Part shown: piece after piece, positions 9,368-19,780 of the stretch | Numbering within the stretch: position 1 is the stretch's first letter | Layout: each line of letters starts with the position of its first letter | Virus record (IMG/VR): IMGVR_UViG_3300029373_000006 | Reading direction: 5' to 3' (one strand) | Length of the DNA: 52,972 bases | From: a virus | Position numbers and translations under genes: made by a program | The notes under the pieces: generated by a model | What the model was told of the DNA's origin: nothing | Seen by the model: the letters and a program-made list of their open reading frames with translations, nothing else | Database searches by the model: none

Positions 9368-10422
9368 AAGGAATACTCATGGCATTGAATGGTATTGATA
9401 TTGCCAGCTATCAGGCGGGTCTTGATTTTTCTAAGGTTCCTTGTGATTTTGCCATCATCAAGGCGACACAGGGCGCCGGTTACACCAACCCGGATTGTGT
9501 CCGAGCGGTTGAACAGGCCATGTCTCTCGGTAAGGGAGTTGGCGTCTATCATTATATTTCCGGCGGCAATGCAGTCGCCGAAGCAAATTTCTTCATTAAT
9601 TCGATCCTTAACTGGATCGGCAAGGTGATGATCTGTCTTGACTGGGAATTCGACCAGAATTCGGCATGGGGCAATGAGTCCTATCTCGAGCAGGTGATCA
9701 ATCAGGTTATCGCACGAACCGGTGTTCCTCCGATGATCTATGCGTCGGCATCCCGTTACAATCAGGTCGCTGAGGTCGCCAAACGTCATAACTGCGGCCT
9801 GTGGATCGCGCAGTACGCCGACACGAATCCGACCGGGTATCAGAACACGCCATGGAACGAAGGTGCTTATGCCTGTGCCATCCGTCAGTATTCGCCCGCT
9901 GGTCGATTGAACGGTTGGAACGGCGATCTTGATCTTGATAAGTTCTACGGATCTCTTGACGACTTCAAGAAGTATTATGGGAAGTCCTCTTCGAAGCCTT
10001 CGAAGCCGTCCGTTCCATCCTCTTCCGCTCCTTCGGGAACCACGCTTCAGCTGGCGACGTGGACGATGGAAGGCAAGTATGGCAATGGTGCGGATCGTAA
10101 GAAGAATCTCGGATCCCGATACGATGAGGTGCAGAACTTCATCAATCACATCGCTTCCGCCGATGTCAACGCCCTTGCGAAGGAAGTTTGGAGCGGCAAG
10201 TACGGCGATGGCAATACCCGTAAGGTCGTGCTCGGAAGCCGATATGATGAAGTGCAGAAGATCGTGAATGGTAATGGTGTCACCAGGTATACTGTTCGGC
10301 CTAACGACACGCTTGGTGCCATCGCGCAGCGGTATGGTACCACGGTCAATCAGCTCGTGGCATGGAACAACATCGCCAACCCCAATCTCATTTACGTCGG
10401 TCAAACCATTCGAGTCAAGTAG
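9364..10422 (+). CDS. Endolysin: GH25 muramidase + 2x CW_7 repeats + C-terminal LysM.
   Basis: '[16 protein letters not shown]...[15 protein letters not shown]...GVYHYISG' is the GH25 pattern. Two repeats 'GKYG(N/D)[12 protein letters not shown]' follow, and the C-terminus '[43 protein letters not shown]' is LysM. Confidence 0.75.
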   Translation: MKGILMALNGIDIASYQAGLDFSKVPCDFAIIKATQGAGYTNPDCVRAVEQAMSLGKGVGVYHYISGGNAVAEANFFINSILNWIGKVMICLDWEFDQNSAWGNESYLEQVINQVIARTGVPPMIYASASRYNQVAEVAKRHNCGLWIAQYADTNPTGYQNTPWNEGAYACAIRQYSPAGRLNGWNGDLDLDKFYGSLDDFKKYYGKSSSKPSKPSVPSSSAPSGTTLQLATWTMEGKYGNGADRKKNLGSRYDEVQNFINHIASADVNALAKEVWSGKYGDGNTRKVVLGSRYDEVQKIVNGNGVTRYTVRPNDTLGAIAQRYGTTVNQLVAWNNIANPNLIYVGQTIRVK

Positions 10423-10428
10423 GTCAAA

Positions 10429-10809
10429 ATGAGGGTGAATTTCGAAGTGTCTGGCGGTTTCACGAAGACCGAGCGGTTTCTCAACCGCATGAAGCGTCGT
10501 GAATACCTGAACGTGCTCGATGAGTTCGGCCGTGACGGCGTTCAGGCACTTCGAAATGCCACCCCGGTCGATTCCGGTGCCACGGCCGAGGCGTGGGATT
10601 ACGAGATCAAACGCACCCGTGATTGCACCGAGATCGTTTGGATCAATTCCAACATCAACGACGGCGTTCCGATTGCTGTCATCCTCCAGTACGGTCACGG
10701 CACCGGTACCGGAGGCTATGTCCAGGGTCGTGATTACATCAACCCGGCGATCCGACCCATATTCGATAAGATAGCCGAGAAGGCTTGGAAGGTGGTGACT
10801 TCTGCATGA
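10429..10809 (+). CDS. HK97 gp10-family protein (neck / tail completion).
   Basis: 'ATPVDSGATAEAWDYEI...VILQYGHGT' matches the gp10 'PVDTG...YA..VE.G' pattern. Confidence 0.45.
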   Translation: MRVNFEVSGGFTKTERFLNRMKRREYLNVLDEFGRDGVQALRNATPVDSGATAEAWDYEIKRTRDCTEIVWINSNINDGVPIAVILQYGHGTGTGGYVQGRDYINPAIRPIFDKIAEKAWKVVTSA

Positions 10810-13800
10810 GCAGCATCGACGAACGCGTCGTAAAGATGCGTCTTGATAATAGCCAATTCGAGCAGGGTGTCAATAAGACCTCCGGTCTTCTCGGTAAGCT
10901 CAAGCAGGCATTAAACCTCGACAAGTCGGTCGAATCGATCAGCAATGTCGATAAGGCCGTAAACGGTGTCAGCTTCAATCCGCTGACCTCCGGTCTTCAG
11001 GGAGTCCAGTCCGGCTTTAACGCCATGGGCGCCGTGGCGTTCTCTGTGCTCAACCGCATGACCAATGCGGCCATTGATGCCGGGAAGAGTATCACCAACG
11101 CCCTGACGGCCTCGGTACGTGACGGTTTCGCCGAATACGAGACCCAGATGAATGCCGTGCAGACGATTCTGGCGAATACCCAGTCAAAAGGATCGACGAT
11201 CGACGACGTCAATTCGGCACTCGACACGCTGAACACCTACGCCGACAAGACCATCTATAACTTCACGGAGATGACGAGGAACATCGGCACCTTTACGGCT
11301 GCCGGTGTGGACCTTCAGACATCGGTGGATTCGATCAAGGGCATCGCCAACCTTGCGGCTGTTTCCGGTTCGAGTTCCGCTCAGGCCTCTCAGGCCATGT
11401 ATCAGCTGTCCCAGGCAATCGCCGCGGGAAAGGTCCAGCTTATGGACTGGAACTCGGTGGTCAACGCTGGTATGGGCGGCGAAGTCTTCCAGAATGCCCT
11501 GAAGCGCACCGCCGAGCACTTCGGCACTAACGTCGACGGCATGATCAAGAAGTACGGATCATTCCGCGAATCGCTGACCAAGGGCGAATGGCTCACCACC
11601 GATGTCCTTACGGAGACGTTGAAGCAACTTTCCGGAGCATATACAGAAGCCGATCTGGTTTCTCAGGGCTACACCGAGGAACAGGCCAAGCAGATCGTCC
11701 AGTTGGCCAATACGGCCGAAGGCGCCGCAACCGACGTCAAGACGTTCTCTCAGTTGATCGATACGACAAAAGAAGCGTTGGCGTCTGGTTGGACTAATAC
11801 TTTCGAAATCATATTTGGCGACTTCGAAGAAGCCAAGGAGCTATGGTCTGGTGTTGCAGACGTTATTTCCGATGTCGTCAACCGATCATCGGAATCGAGA
11901 AACAATCTTCTCCAGGGATGGAAGGATCTCGGTGGAAGAACTAAGCTGATCGAAGGCCTTACCAACGTTTTCAAATCCCTCGGTAAGGTGGTATCAACCG
12001 TCGGTAACGCGTTTCGGAAGGTGTTTCCTCCGACGACGTCTCGGCAACTTATGGATATTACCGAGGCGTTCACTTCGTTCACAGAAAGCCTCATTCCTTC
12101 CGAATCGACGCTAAATAAGATCGGTCGAGTCGCTGAAGGCGTCTTCTCAGTCTTTGATATCGGCGTGCAGGCCGTTAAAGCCGTCGGAACTGCTTTCGCC
12201 ACGGCATTCGGATCCGACAGCATGGGCGGTTTGCTTGATAATCTGCTCGATATCGCCGCCGGATTCGGAGATTGGCTTGTCGGACTTGATAATTCGATCA
12301 AGCAGTTCGGTATATTCGAGGGTGCGGCCAAGGCGGTCGGTTCCGCCATCAGCGGTGTGCTTGGGGTCTTCAGCTCCTTCACTGATGGAATCTCCTCAAT
12401 GGGATCGGCCGTCGGATCGATCGCTTCGACAATTGGTAATACTCTTGGCGGAGCGTTCGAACGGGTCAAGAACGTCATCAGTGATGTCTTGACGTGGATC
12501 ACCGACAACATCTCCGGTGGTGATATTTTCGCTGGCCTCGCCGGAGGTGGCATCTTCCTGGCCGCACAGAAGATCGGCGGGGCGTTCGATAAGATCAAGA
12601 AGGTCTTTGAGGACCTCTTCGGTAATGGGGCTGAAAAGCTCAAGAAGGGTGCTGGCGTATTCGATGAGATCCTAGGCGGTCTTCAAGAATCGTTGAACGC
12701 ATTCACGGGAAGCGTCAAGGCTTTTACTCTTGTAGAGATCGCCGGATCCATCGCGCTGCTTGTTGACTCGATGGAGAAGATCGCTGCCCTCAGTGGTGGC
12801 GAAGTCGTTGGCGGCGTCTCGGCCATCGGCGGCCTGATGACCGAGCTTAACATTAGTCTTAAATCGATCACGAAGACGATGAAGGGCGCTAAGACCACCG
12901 ATCTCATCAAGACCGGTGCGGCCCTCATAGAATTCGCGAAGGCTGTGGACATGTTGGCCAACGCCATGTCCACGATCGGTAATCTCAATTGGGACGAGAT
13001 CGCCAAGGGTCTCACCGGCATGGGCGGCGCCATGACGGAGCTCGTCGCTGCCGCCAAGGGTCTGAGCTACGCCAAGGTCGACCTCAAGACGGCAGGCTCG
13101 CTCATCGCCATGGCCCAAGCGGTCAAAATGGTGGCAGATCCGCTCAAGAAGCTCGGTAACATGAGCTGGGATCAGGTCGGCAAAGGCCTATCCGCCATGG
13201 GTGGAGCCCTGACGGAGATGGGCACGGTCACCGGTCTGCTCGGCCGATTCGGCAAGCACAACATTTCCGCTGCTGTCAGCATGGTCATTACGGCCAAATC
13301 CCTTGGTGATATCGCAGATGCATTCGGGTCGTTCTCTAGCTATGACTGGGGCGAGATCGGACGCGGTCTTACCGCCATGGGCGGCGCTTTGGGCGAAGTC
13401 GGGCTCGTTACCGGCGCCTTGGGCAAGATTGCAGGATTCTCTGGAATTCTAGGTAGCGGTTCCATTTTCATTACAGTGCAGTCCCTTGGTGATATTGCCG
13501 AAGTATTCGGTGAATTCACTCAATACGACTGGGGTGAAATCGGACGTGGTCTGACGGCCATGGGCGGTGCTCTCGGCGAGGTCGGACTCGTCACTGGGGC
13601 CCTTGGAAAGCTCGCGGGCTTCTCAGGCATCATCGGTGGCGGATCGATCCTTATCACTGCTCGGGGTCTTGGTGACATCGCATCGGCGTTCGGATCGTTC
13701 ACTCAATACGACTGGGGCGAGATCGGACGCGGTCTTACCGCCATGGGCGGCGCTTTGGGCGAAGTTGGCGTCATATCCGGCGCTTTGGGTAAACTCGCGA

Positions 13801-16388
13801 GTTTGTCCGGAATCATCGGATCTGGCTCCATAGTTCTTACTGCTAAGGGTCTTGGGGATATCGCCAAGGCGTTCAATTCATTCTCTCGGTATAGCTGGGA
13901 TGAGATCGGACGCGGCCTGGTTGCCATGGGCGGTGCTCTTGGCGAAGTCGGGCTCGTTAGCGGTGCATTGGGTAAACTCGCGGGTTTGTCCGGAATCATC
14001 GGATCTGGCACGATCATCCTCGCCGTGCAAGGTCTTGACGAGATTGCCCGAACGTTCAATTCATTCACTCAGTATAATTGGGATGAGATCGGACGCGGCC
14101 TTGTTGCCATGGGCGGTGCCATGGGCGAGGTCGCCGTCATATCAGGAGCGACAGGTGCCCTGACCGGAATCGCCGGCCTTATGGGCGCGGGAACGATCAC
14201 TCTTGCCTCTCAGGGTCTTACCGATATCGCGACGGCATTCGGTAAATTCACCAAATTCAATTGGGATGAGATTGGGCGCGGCCTCGCCGCCATGGCCGGT
14301 GCCTTGGGCGCAACAGCCCTTGGTTCATTGCTGAATACGCTTTCCGGTCTCGGCGCAGGAGCCATATCCACGGTTGCCGTTCCTCTTGGTCAGTTGGCCG
14401 ATTCGGTCAAGAAATGGTCTGGGGTTACCGTTCCCAGCGATTTGGCGACCAGTCTCGGATCTTTGGCATCCGGGGTCATGAAATTCACGCTCGGCGGTAT
14501 TGGAGCAGGAGCGTTGTCGACCGCAGCCCCGGGCATGGTCCAGATGGCCAACGCGGTCGCGAAGTGGTCGACCATCAAATTCCCTTCTGAGATCGAAGGG
14601 AATCTCAAAGCTCTCGCCAATGGTGTGAAGGCGTTCACGTTCGCTTTCGCCGGTGGATGGTCGATGGACGCGGTTGTTGGCCCCTTGGGACAATTGGCAT
14701 CCGCGGTGAATAAGTGGAAGGGCGTGACGATTCCCGCTGGAATCGAGAGCAATCTCACCGGTCTCGCGAACGGCGTGAAGGCGTTCACGTTCGCTTTCGC
14801 CGGTGGATGGTCGATGGACGCGGTTGTTGGCCCCTTGGGAAAATTGGCCGGAACCGTCAAGAAGTGGAATGGCGTGACGATTCCCGGTGGAATCGAGAGC
14901 AATCTCGCCGGTCTCGCGAACGGCGTAAAGGCGTTCTCGCTTGCGTTCGTCGGTGGATGGTCGTTGGGCGCCATTACCGGACCTCTCGGAAATTTGGCAG
15001 GTGCCGTCAAGAAGTGGAATGGCGTGAAGATTCCCGGTGGTATCCAGGGTAATCTCACCGGTCTCGCGAACGGCGTGAAGTCGTTCACGGGTATTGGTTC
15101 CGGGATCACGGAATCCATGTCGAATGCCGCTTCCGGGGTTCGAGCCATTGCCACAGCGGCTACCAATCTGTCGTCGGCGAACCTTTCCGGAGTCTCGACC
15201 CAGATTTCGACGTTCGTAAGTTCGTTGAACACCACGCAGTCGATTACCAGCACATTACCGGCTGATATTTCGGCGTTCGCAACTCAGTTGAGTTCTGCCA
15301 TGGTCACGTTGGGTAATGTGGTGTTGACCAATGCCGCCACTATCGGATCGGCTTTCTCGTCGCTTCGTACCCAGATAAGCACTGCGACTTTCGGACTCGG
15401 ATTGATCGTTTCTTTGAATATGAGTTCCGCATCAAACGCGGTATCCTCTGGAGCGAACATGATCTCGAGTGGATCAAGCGCCATCGGAGCTGCATTCAAT
15501 CGAATGACGTCGATCGCAAGAAGCCAGATGACGGTATTTTCCAATACCGTTCGTTCGTCCCTCACTCGGGGGGCTTCTTCGGTCCGATCCTCTGTGCCTA
15601 AATTCCTTTCGTCTGGCAAGCAGGTAACTGAATCGTTGATCAATGGTATGAGGAATGGACTCGATCGTATTCCAACCATGTTCAATTCGTCAATCAATTC
15701 CGCGGCTTCAAACCTTCGATCGTTTAGAAGTTCGTTCTATTCGGCCGGATCCTATGTCGCCGAAGGATTTGCATCAGGCATCAATTCTCAGGTAACTGTC
15801 GCAGCCGAAGCTGCCGCACGACTCGCAAACGCAGCGTCCTTAGCGGCAAAGAAATCGCTCGACATTCATTCGCCTTCGAAGGTGTTTGGATGGATCGGTG
15901 AAATGACGGTTGATGGATTTGTTAACACGGTTGACGGAATGGCAACCGATGTTAGAAAGTCCGGATACGGAATGGCCGAGTCGGTTATCAATGGATTCAA
16001 TGAACTCGACATGTCAAATATTTCGGATCCGTCAATTCGTCCGGTGATGGATCTATCCATGGTTAGACGTCAGGCATCCGACTTGTCTTCCATGCTGAGC
16101 ACTTCGACGAATCCGATCAAGGCCGACATTGATTTCATTGGTCGTTTGGATCGTCAAAATGGTGGAGATCATCAGGCAAAGATGTTCGATCGTTTGATTT
16201 CCGCAACCGATAAGAACGCAAAGGAACTATCGGATCTTCGTGGGGATCTTTCGCGATACAACGATTCGATTGCCGGCCAGGAAACGGCCGTGTATGTCGA
16301 TGGCAAGAAACTAGCCAGTAGCATCGCCAAACCGATGAATCAGCAGCTTGGCATTCGATTGAAGAGAGGAAGTCTGTCTCGAATATGA
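10806..16388 (+). CDS. Tail tape measure protein.
   Basis: 1861 aa from the ATG at 10806. It is Gly/Ala-rich and helical with two internal tandem-repeat arrays, in the expected position. Confidence 0.8.
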   Translation: MSSIDERVVKMRLDNSQFEQGVNKTSGLLGKLKQALNLDKSVESISNVDKAVNGVSFNPLTSGLQGVQSGFNAMGAVAFSVLNRMTNAAIDAGKSITNALTASVRDGFAEYETQMNAVQTILANTQSKGSTIDDVNSALDTLNTYADKTIYNFTEMTRNIGTFTAAGVDLQTSVDSIKGIANLAAVSGSSSAQASQAMYQLSQAIAAGKVQLMDWNSVVNAGMGGEVFQNALKRTAEHFGTNVDGMIKKYGSFRESLTKGEWLTTDVLTETLKQLSGAYTEADLVSQGYTEEQAKQIVQLANTAEGAATDVKTFSQLIDTTKEALASGWTNTFEIIFGDFEEAKELWSGVADVISDVVNRSSESRNNLLQGWKDLGGRTKLIEGLTNVFKSLGKVVSTVGNAFRKVFPPTTSRQLMDITEAFTSFTESLIPSESTLNKIGRVAEGVFSVFDIGVQAVKAVGTAFATAFGSDSMGGLLDNLLDIAAGFGDWLVGLDNSIKQFGIFEGAAKAVGSAISGVLGVFSSFTDGISSMGSAVGSIASTIGNTLGGAFERVKNVISDVLTWITDNISGGDIFAGLAGGGIFLAAQKIGGAFDKIKKVFEDLFGNGAEKLKKGAGVFDEILGGLQESLNAFTGSVKAFTLVEIAGSIALLVDSMEKIAALSGGEVVGGVSAIGGLMTELNISLKSITKTMKGAKTTDLIKTGAALIEFAKAVDMLANAMSTIGNLNWDEIAKGLTGMGGAMTELVAAAKGLSYAKVDLKTAGSLIAMAQAVKMVADPLKKLGNMSWDQVGKGLSAMGGALTEMGTVTGLLGRFGKHNISAAVSMVITAKSLGDIADAFGSFSSYDWGEIGRGLTAMGGALGEVGLVTGALGKIAGFSGILGSGSIFITVQSLGDIAEVFGEFTQYDWGEIGRGLTAMGGALGEVGLVTGALGKLAGFSGIIGGGSILITARGLGDIASAFGSFTQYDWGEIGRGLTAMGGALGEVGVISGALGKLASLSGIIGSGSIVLTAKGLGDIAKAFNSFSRYSWDEIGRGLVAMGGALGEVGLVSGALGKLAGLSGIIGSGTIILAVQGLDEIARTFNSFTQYNWDEIGRGLVAMGGAMGEVAVISGATGALTGIAGLMGAGTITLASQGLTDIATAFGKFTKFNWDEIGRGLAAMAGALGATALGSLLNTLSGLGAGAISTVAVPLGQLADSVKKWSGVTVPSDLATSLGSLASGVMKFTLGGIGAGALSTAAPGMVQMANAVAKWSTIKFPSEIEGNLKALANGVKAFTFAFAGGWSMDAVVGPLGQLASAVNKWKGVTIPAGIESNLTGLANGVKAFTFAFAGGWSMDAVVGPLGKLAGTVKKWNGVTIPGGIESNLAGLANGVKAFSLAFVGGWSLGAITGPLGNLAGAVKKWNGVKIPGGIQGNLTGLANGVKSFTGIGSGITESMSNAASGVRAIATAATNLSSANLSGVSTQISTFVSSLNTTQSITSTLPADISAFATQLSSAMVTLGNVVLTNAATIGSAFSSLRTQISTATFGLGLIVSLNMSSASNAVSSGANMISSGSSAIGAAFNRMTSIARSQMTVFSNTVRSSLTRGASSVRSSVPKFLSSGKQVTESLINGMRNGLDRIPTMFNSSINSAASNLRSFRSSFYSAGSYVAEGFASGINSQVTVAAEAAARLANAASLAAKKSLDIHSPSKVFGWIGEMTVDGFVNTVDGMATDVRKSGYGMAESVINGFNELDMSNISDPSIRPVMDLSMVRRQASDLSSMLSTSTNPIKADIDFIGRLDRQNGGDHQAKMFDRLISATDKNAKELSDLRGDLSRYNDSIAGQETAVYVDGKKLASSIAKPMNQQLGIRLKRGSLSRI
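12960..14340 (+). repeat. About 8 tandem ~180-nt (60-aa) repeats inside the tape measure gene ('..Y.WGEIGRGLTAMGGALGEVGLV.GALGKLAG.SGIIGSGSI.IT..GLGDIA.AFG.F..').
   Basis: Near-identical nucleotide blocks recur, for example 'gactggggcgagatcggacgcggtcttaccgccatgggcggcgctttgggcgaagt' at ~13345 and ~13710. Confidence 0.8.
14380..15110 (+). repeat. About 5.5 tandem ~129-nt (43-aa) repeats inside the tape measure gene ('GPLG.LA.AVKKW.GVTIPGGIE.NL.GLANGVKAF.FAFAGGWSMDAVV').
   Basis: A ~90-nt stretch is nearly exactly duplicated at 14610-14700 and 14745-14835. Confidence 0.8.
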
Positions 16389-17278
16389 GTTATCCGGATT
16401 ATCCCAATAATCGGCTCATCGTTGACGGAGTCGATCTTACGATCCGGTTTCAGATGGCCCTGCTTGATGGATATACACTATCCCCTCCGGAACCAAAGAT
16501 CTATACGGTCGATATTCCCGGTGGGGATGGTGTTATCGATCTGACGCAGTCATTGACCGGAGACGTCACTTATGAGAATCGTCAACAGGAATTCTCGTTC
16601 ATGGTTGTCAATCCCGATTCATTTGAACGGGTGAAAACCGATGTCAGTAACTTCTTGCATGGCAAGTCGTTTGATTATCAGATGACTATGGATCCAGGAT
16701 ACACATATCATGGCCGGTTTACCGTCACCGAATACAGTCATACATTATATTCGTATCCGGGATTGGTCGGTATATTTTCGATAAAAATCGATGCCGATCC
16801 CTACAAGTCCAAGGGTCTCCAGACCTACCATCTCAATCCCACCGGAGGCATGATGTTCCGTTTCGAATCCGGCAGGAAGCCCGTGCATCCGGTCATCAAG
16901 TGCACGCAGCCCTGTCGGGTCTATTGGAAGGATGTCGTCACCGTCGTCCCGGTCGGAACCTATCGCCTCAATGACGTGATATTCACTCAGGGTTTTAATG
17001 AGATCTACATCAACAGCCACGAGCTGTTCAATACGAGCTGGGCCGATCTCGGCTCCGACGGCACCTATGCCATGACTTGGGATTCGGCCTCCTCGTACCG
17101 ATGGGATGACATCCAACGACTAGATGGCAACACCATAGATGTTCCGAGGCAATGGTCCGAGATCTCCGATCTGCGGTGGAAGGAGCTCGCTGGCAAGACA
17201 TGGGCCGACCTCGATTTCAAAATCGAGGGGGCACCGGACGCCTTCGTATATTTGTCCTACGATTGGAAGGAACTGTAA
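16385..17278 (+). CDS. Distal tail protein (Dit), putative.
   Basis: 297 aa immediately after the tape measure gene, with overlapping stop/start. Confidence 0.5.
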   Translation: MSYPDYPNNRLIVDGVDLTIRFQMALLDGYTLSPPEPKIYTVDIPGGDGVIDLTQSLTGDVTYENRQQEFSFMVVNPDSFERVKTDVSNFLHGKSFDYQMTMDPGYTYHGRFTVTEYSHTLYSYPGLVGIFSIKIDADPYKSKGLQTYHLNPTGGMMFRFESGRKPVHPVIKCTQPCRVYWKDVVTVVPVGTYRLNDVIFTQGFNEIYINSHELFNTSWADLGSDGTYAMTWDSASSYRWDDIQRLDGNTIDVPRQWSEISDLRWKELAGKTWADLDFKIEGAPDAFVYLSYDWKEL

Positions 17279-17736
17279 TGATTACCAATAACCTAGGTCT
17301 CGAATCCGTTGATCCGTCGGATTACGTCTCCCCAACTCCGTTCAACGCCAATTTCGAGAAGCTCGATGCCCTCGGACTGGACTACGTCACTGCATCCGGA
17401 AAGTCCGGTGAATGGTGGTATCGCAAGTGGAAGTCGGGTCGTATGGAGTGCGGTATCGACGACAAGAACTTCGGCGACGTGTCTATTGCTCAGCCATGGG
17501 GCGGTATGTATGTCAGCGGCTCGATGGATTTCGGCGCCTACCCGTTTGCATTCGCTTCCCGTCCGTTCACCGCGATCGTGTTCCAGAGCACCACCGGAGG
17601 CAAACACTATGGCTATGTTTCTTACGTCTCGTCGACTTCGATGAGCACGGCGCCAAAGTTCGTGCTCGTCGAAGTGCACTCCGGAACGGAGAAGTCAGCC
17701 CATTTTGGCTTCTACGCATGCGGAAGGTATATGTAA
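17278..17736 (+). CDS. Small tail-associated protein.
   Basis: Its ATG overlaps the Dit stop (TAATG). The N-terminus 'ITNNLGLESVDPSDYVSPTPFNANFEKLD' resembles conserved N-terminal modules of Gram-positive phage fibre and RBP proteins. Confidence 0.35.
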   Translation: MITNNLGLESVDPSDYVSPTPFNANFEKLDALGLDYVTASGKSGEWWYRKWKSGRMECGIDDKNFGDVSIAQPWGGMYVSGSMDFGAYPFAFASRPFTAIVFQSTTGGKHYGYVSYVSSTSMSTAPKFVLVEVHSGTEKSAHFGFYACGRYM

Positions 17737-17738
17737 TC

Positions 17739-19769
17739 ATGTATCATATCACGTATGACGGTCTGACCATATTCGATCCCTACGGCAACGCCGACGAGGT
17801 GGTATCCGATGCGAGCATGAGCGTCGAGGTCAATGCGTCGGCTTATCTGGACTTCGCCATGGCCATCACGCACCCGTTGTACGATACGATACGTGAACGG
17901 GCGGGCGTGGTCACCCTGACCTGGGACTCCACGGTGCTGTTCGAGGGGATCATCGAGTCCATCGAGATGGATATCCAGGGCAACAAGTCCATCAGCTGCG
18001 TGTCGGCGATGGACTATCTCAACGACACTCACGTTCGCCCGTACTCCACGGTTGCCGGCAAGGCCGATCTCACGGCCCCGAGCTCCGTGGACGGATATTT
18101 CCAGTGGCTGATCGATCGGCACAACGATCACGTCCTGGACACCTCCAAGATGTTCGACGTCGGGATCAACCAGGGCGCGAACCTCCAGCAGAACAACTTC
18201 ATCTATCGGTCCTCTGAGTCCGAACCAACCACGGCCTCCGAGATCGCCGATCAGATCCTCGACAGCCTCGGCGGATATCTGACCATGCGCTACGAGGACG
18301 GCCGCAAGGTCCTCGATCTGTACGCCGATCTGCATACCATGAACGCGCAGATCGTCGACTTCGGCGTCAACGTCACTGATTTCACCAAGACCATCGATAC
18401 GACCGACCAGTACACGGCGATCCTCCTGCATGGCGGTTCACCGACGTTCGAGGGAGGAGATCTCGAGGGTGGCGACTGGTCGCATTGGGAGACCCATCCG
18501 AACACGCCGCTGGTCGGGGATAAGACCCACGGCGGAAGTGTGGCGTCATATTTCGTCTCGGGAACCGGAGAATACATCAACGACAGCTTCTTCTATTCGC
18601 GTCCGGGACGTCGCTACAAGGCCACGGTCTATGTTAAGAATGAACGCGGGTCGAACGTCACGATCCGGGGAAGCTACCAGTACGAGCAGGCCGTCGGCTG
18701 GACGACGGTGAACGTCAACTCCTCGCTGGCCGTGAAGAACAATGGCGACCAGTGGACTGAGTTCTCCTTCGACTTCCAGCCGAATCTATCGGAGTACACG
18801 AAGATCCGTCCGAGGTGGTACTTCGACAACGTCGGTAATGATGGAAACCGCCGCGTCTATCTGGACGACTTCTCGTTCTCCCAGATCGAGGGCGACACCG
18901 AGGTCTCCGAGGACCCAATAGGACTGAAACAGGTTCCGGACGGCGTCAGTTCGTTCGATGCTGACGTCTTCAAGTCCGGCGATACGCTCTACTCCACCTC
19001 CGCCGTGAGACGCTACGGCTACAAGGAGGAGGTCTTCGAGGACACCACCATCACGAACATCGACGATCTCGTGCAGGCCGGCATCAAGGAGCTCAGCAAG
19101 TCCAAGGACCCGCAGATCACGCTGGACATCAAGGCCGTGGATCTCTCGATGTTCATGGAAGGGTATACCCATCTTAATGTGGGCGACGCCGTGCGTGTCC
19201 GTTCGGCCATCCACGACACCGACGAGTTTTTCATGGTTAATTCGATCACCCTAGACCTTCAGGATCCAGGGCAAAGCGAGTACGTCATCGGCGAGGCCCC
19301 CGACAACCTGACCGGCCAACAGTCTGGTTTCCTGAGAAGCCTGAACTCCGGAATCAATTCCTCGCTTGGCGCGGTGATGTCGCTCGACCAGACGACCAAG
19401 GATCAGGCGATTCGGATCAGCAAGGTCGAGGACGTCGCCAACGATGCCTCCGACGAGGTCACGCAGCTGAAGACGGACATCCCCGCCACCTACGTCACCA
19501 AGACCGAGGTCCAGCAGACCACGGACTCGATCAAGTCATCAGTCTCGGAGGTCGCCACGACGGCGAACAGCGCCCTGAGCAAGGCCACGATCGTCGAGCA
19601 GACCGCGAATGGTCTTCAGACCACGATCTCCCGGTTCTCCCGGAAGGTCAACTCGTTGTTGAGCACCATCACGCAGGTACAGGGTGATGTGGCAAATAAT
19701 ATCGCCAGTCTGTCCACGCAAGTGCAAGCATTGGAGGCTCGCATCAAGTCTTTGAAAACCAATCAGTAA
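17739..19769 (+). CDS. Tal-like tail-associated / tail-fibre protein with an internal carbohydrate-binding module and a C-terminal coiled coil.
   Basis: The N-terminus 'MYHITYDGLTIFDPYG...' is Tal/prophage-tail-like. Residues ~250-400 ('RRYKATVYVKNERGSNVTIRG...VYLDDFSF') look CBM_4_9-like. The C-terminal ~130 aa are heptad-rich. Confidence 0.5.
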   Translation: MYHITYDGLTIFDPYGNADEVVSDASMSVEVNASAYLDFAMAITHPLYDTIRERAGVVTLTWDSTVLFEGIIESIEMDIQGNKSISCVSAMDYLNDTHVRPYSTVAGKADLTAPSSVDGYFQWLIDRHNDHVLDTSKMFDVGINQGANLQQNNFIYRSSESEPTTASEIADQILDSLGGYLTMRYEDGRKVLDLYADLHTMNAQIVDFGVNVTDFTKTIDTTDQYTAILLHGGSPTFEGGDLEGGDWSHWETHPNTPLVGDKTHGGSVASYFVSGTGEYINDSFFYSRPGRRYKATVYVKNERGSNVTIRGSYQYEQAVGWTTVNVNSSLAVKNNGDQWTEFSFDFQPNLSEYTKIRPRWYFDNVGNDGNRRVYLDDFSFSQIEGDTEVSEDPIGLKQVPDGVSSFDADVFKSGDTLYSTSAVRRYGYKEEVFEDTTITNIDDLVQAGIKELSKSKDPQITLDIKAVDLSMFMEGYTHLNVGDAVRVRSAIHDTDEFFMVNSITLDLQDPGQSEYVIGEAPDNLTGQQSGFLRSLNSGINSSLGAVMSLDQTTKDQAIRISKVEDVANDASDEVTQLKTDIPATYVTKTEVQQTTDSIKSSVSEVATTANSALSKATIVEQTANGLQTTISRFSRKVNSLLSTITQVQGDVANNIASLSTQVQALEARIKSLKTNQ

Positions 19770-19780
19770 GGAGAGTTATC

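Noticed and set aside
9178-10698. A 506-aa minus-strand ORF, and other long minus-strand ORFs (4107..5054, 5071..6051, 6094..7050, 11750..12643, 14390..15253, 38166..39104, 47454..48437, 50261..51169).
   Set aside because: They run antisense to + strand genes that have clear domain signatures and RBSs. They lack RBSs and are Arg/Gly-rich frame shadows typical of GC-biased coding DNA.
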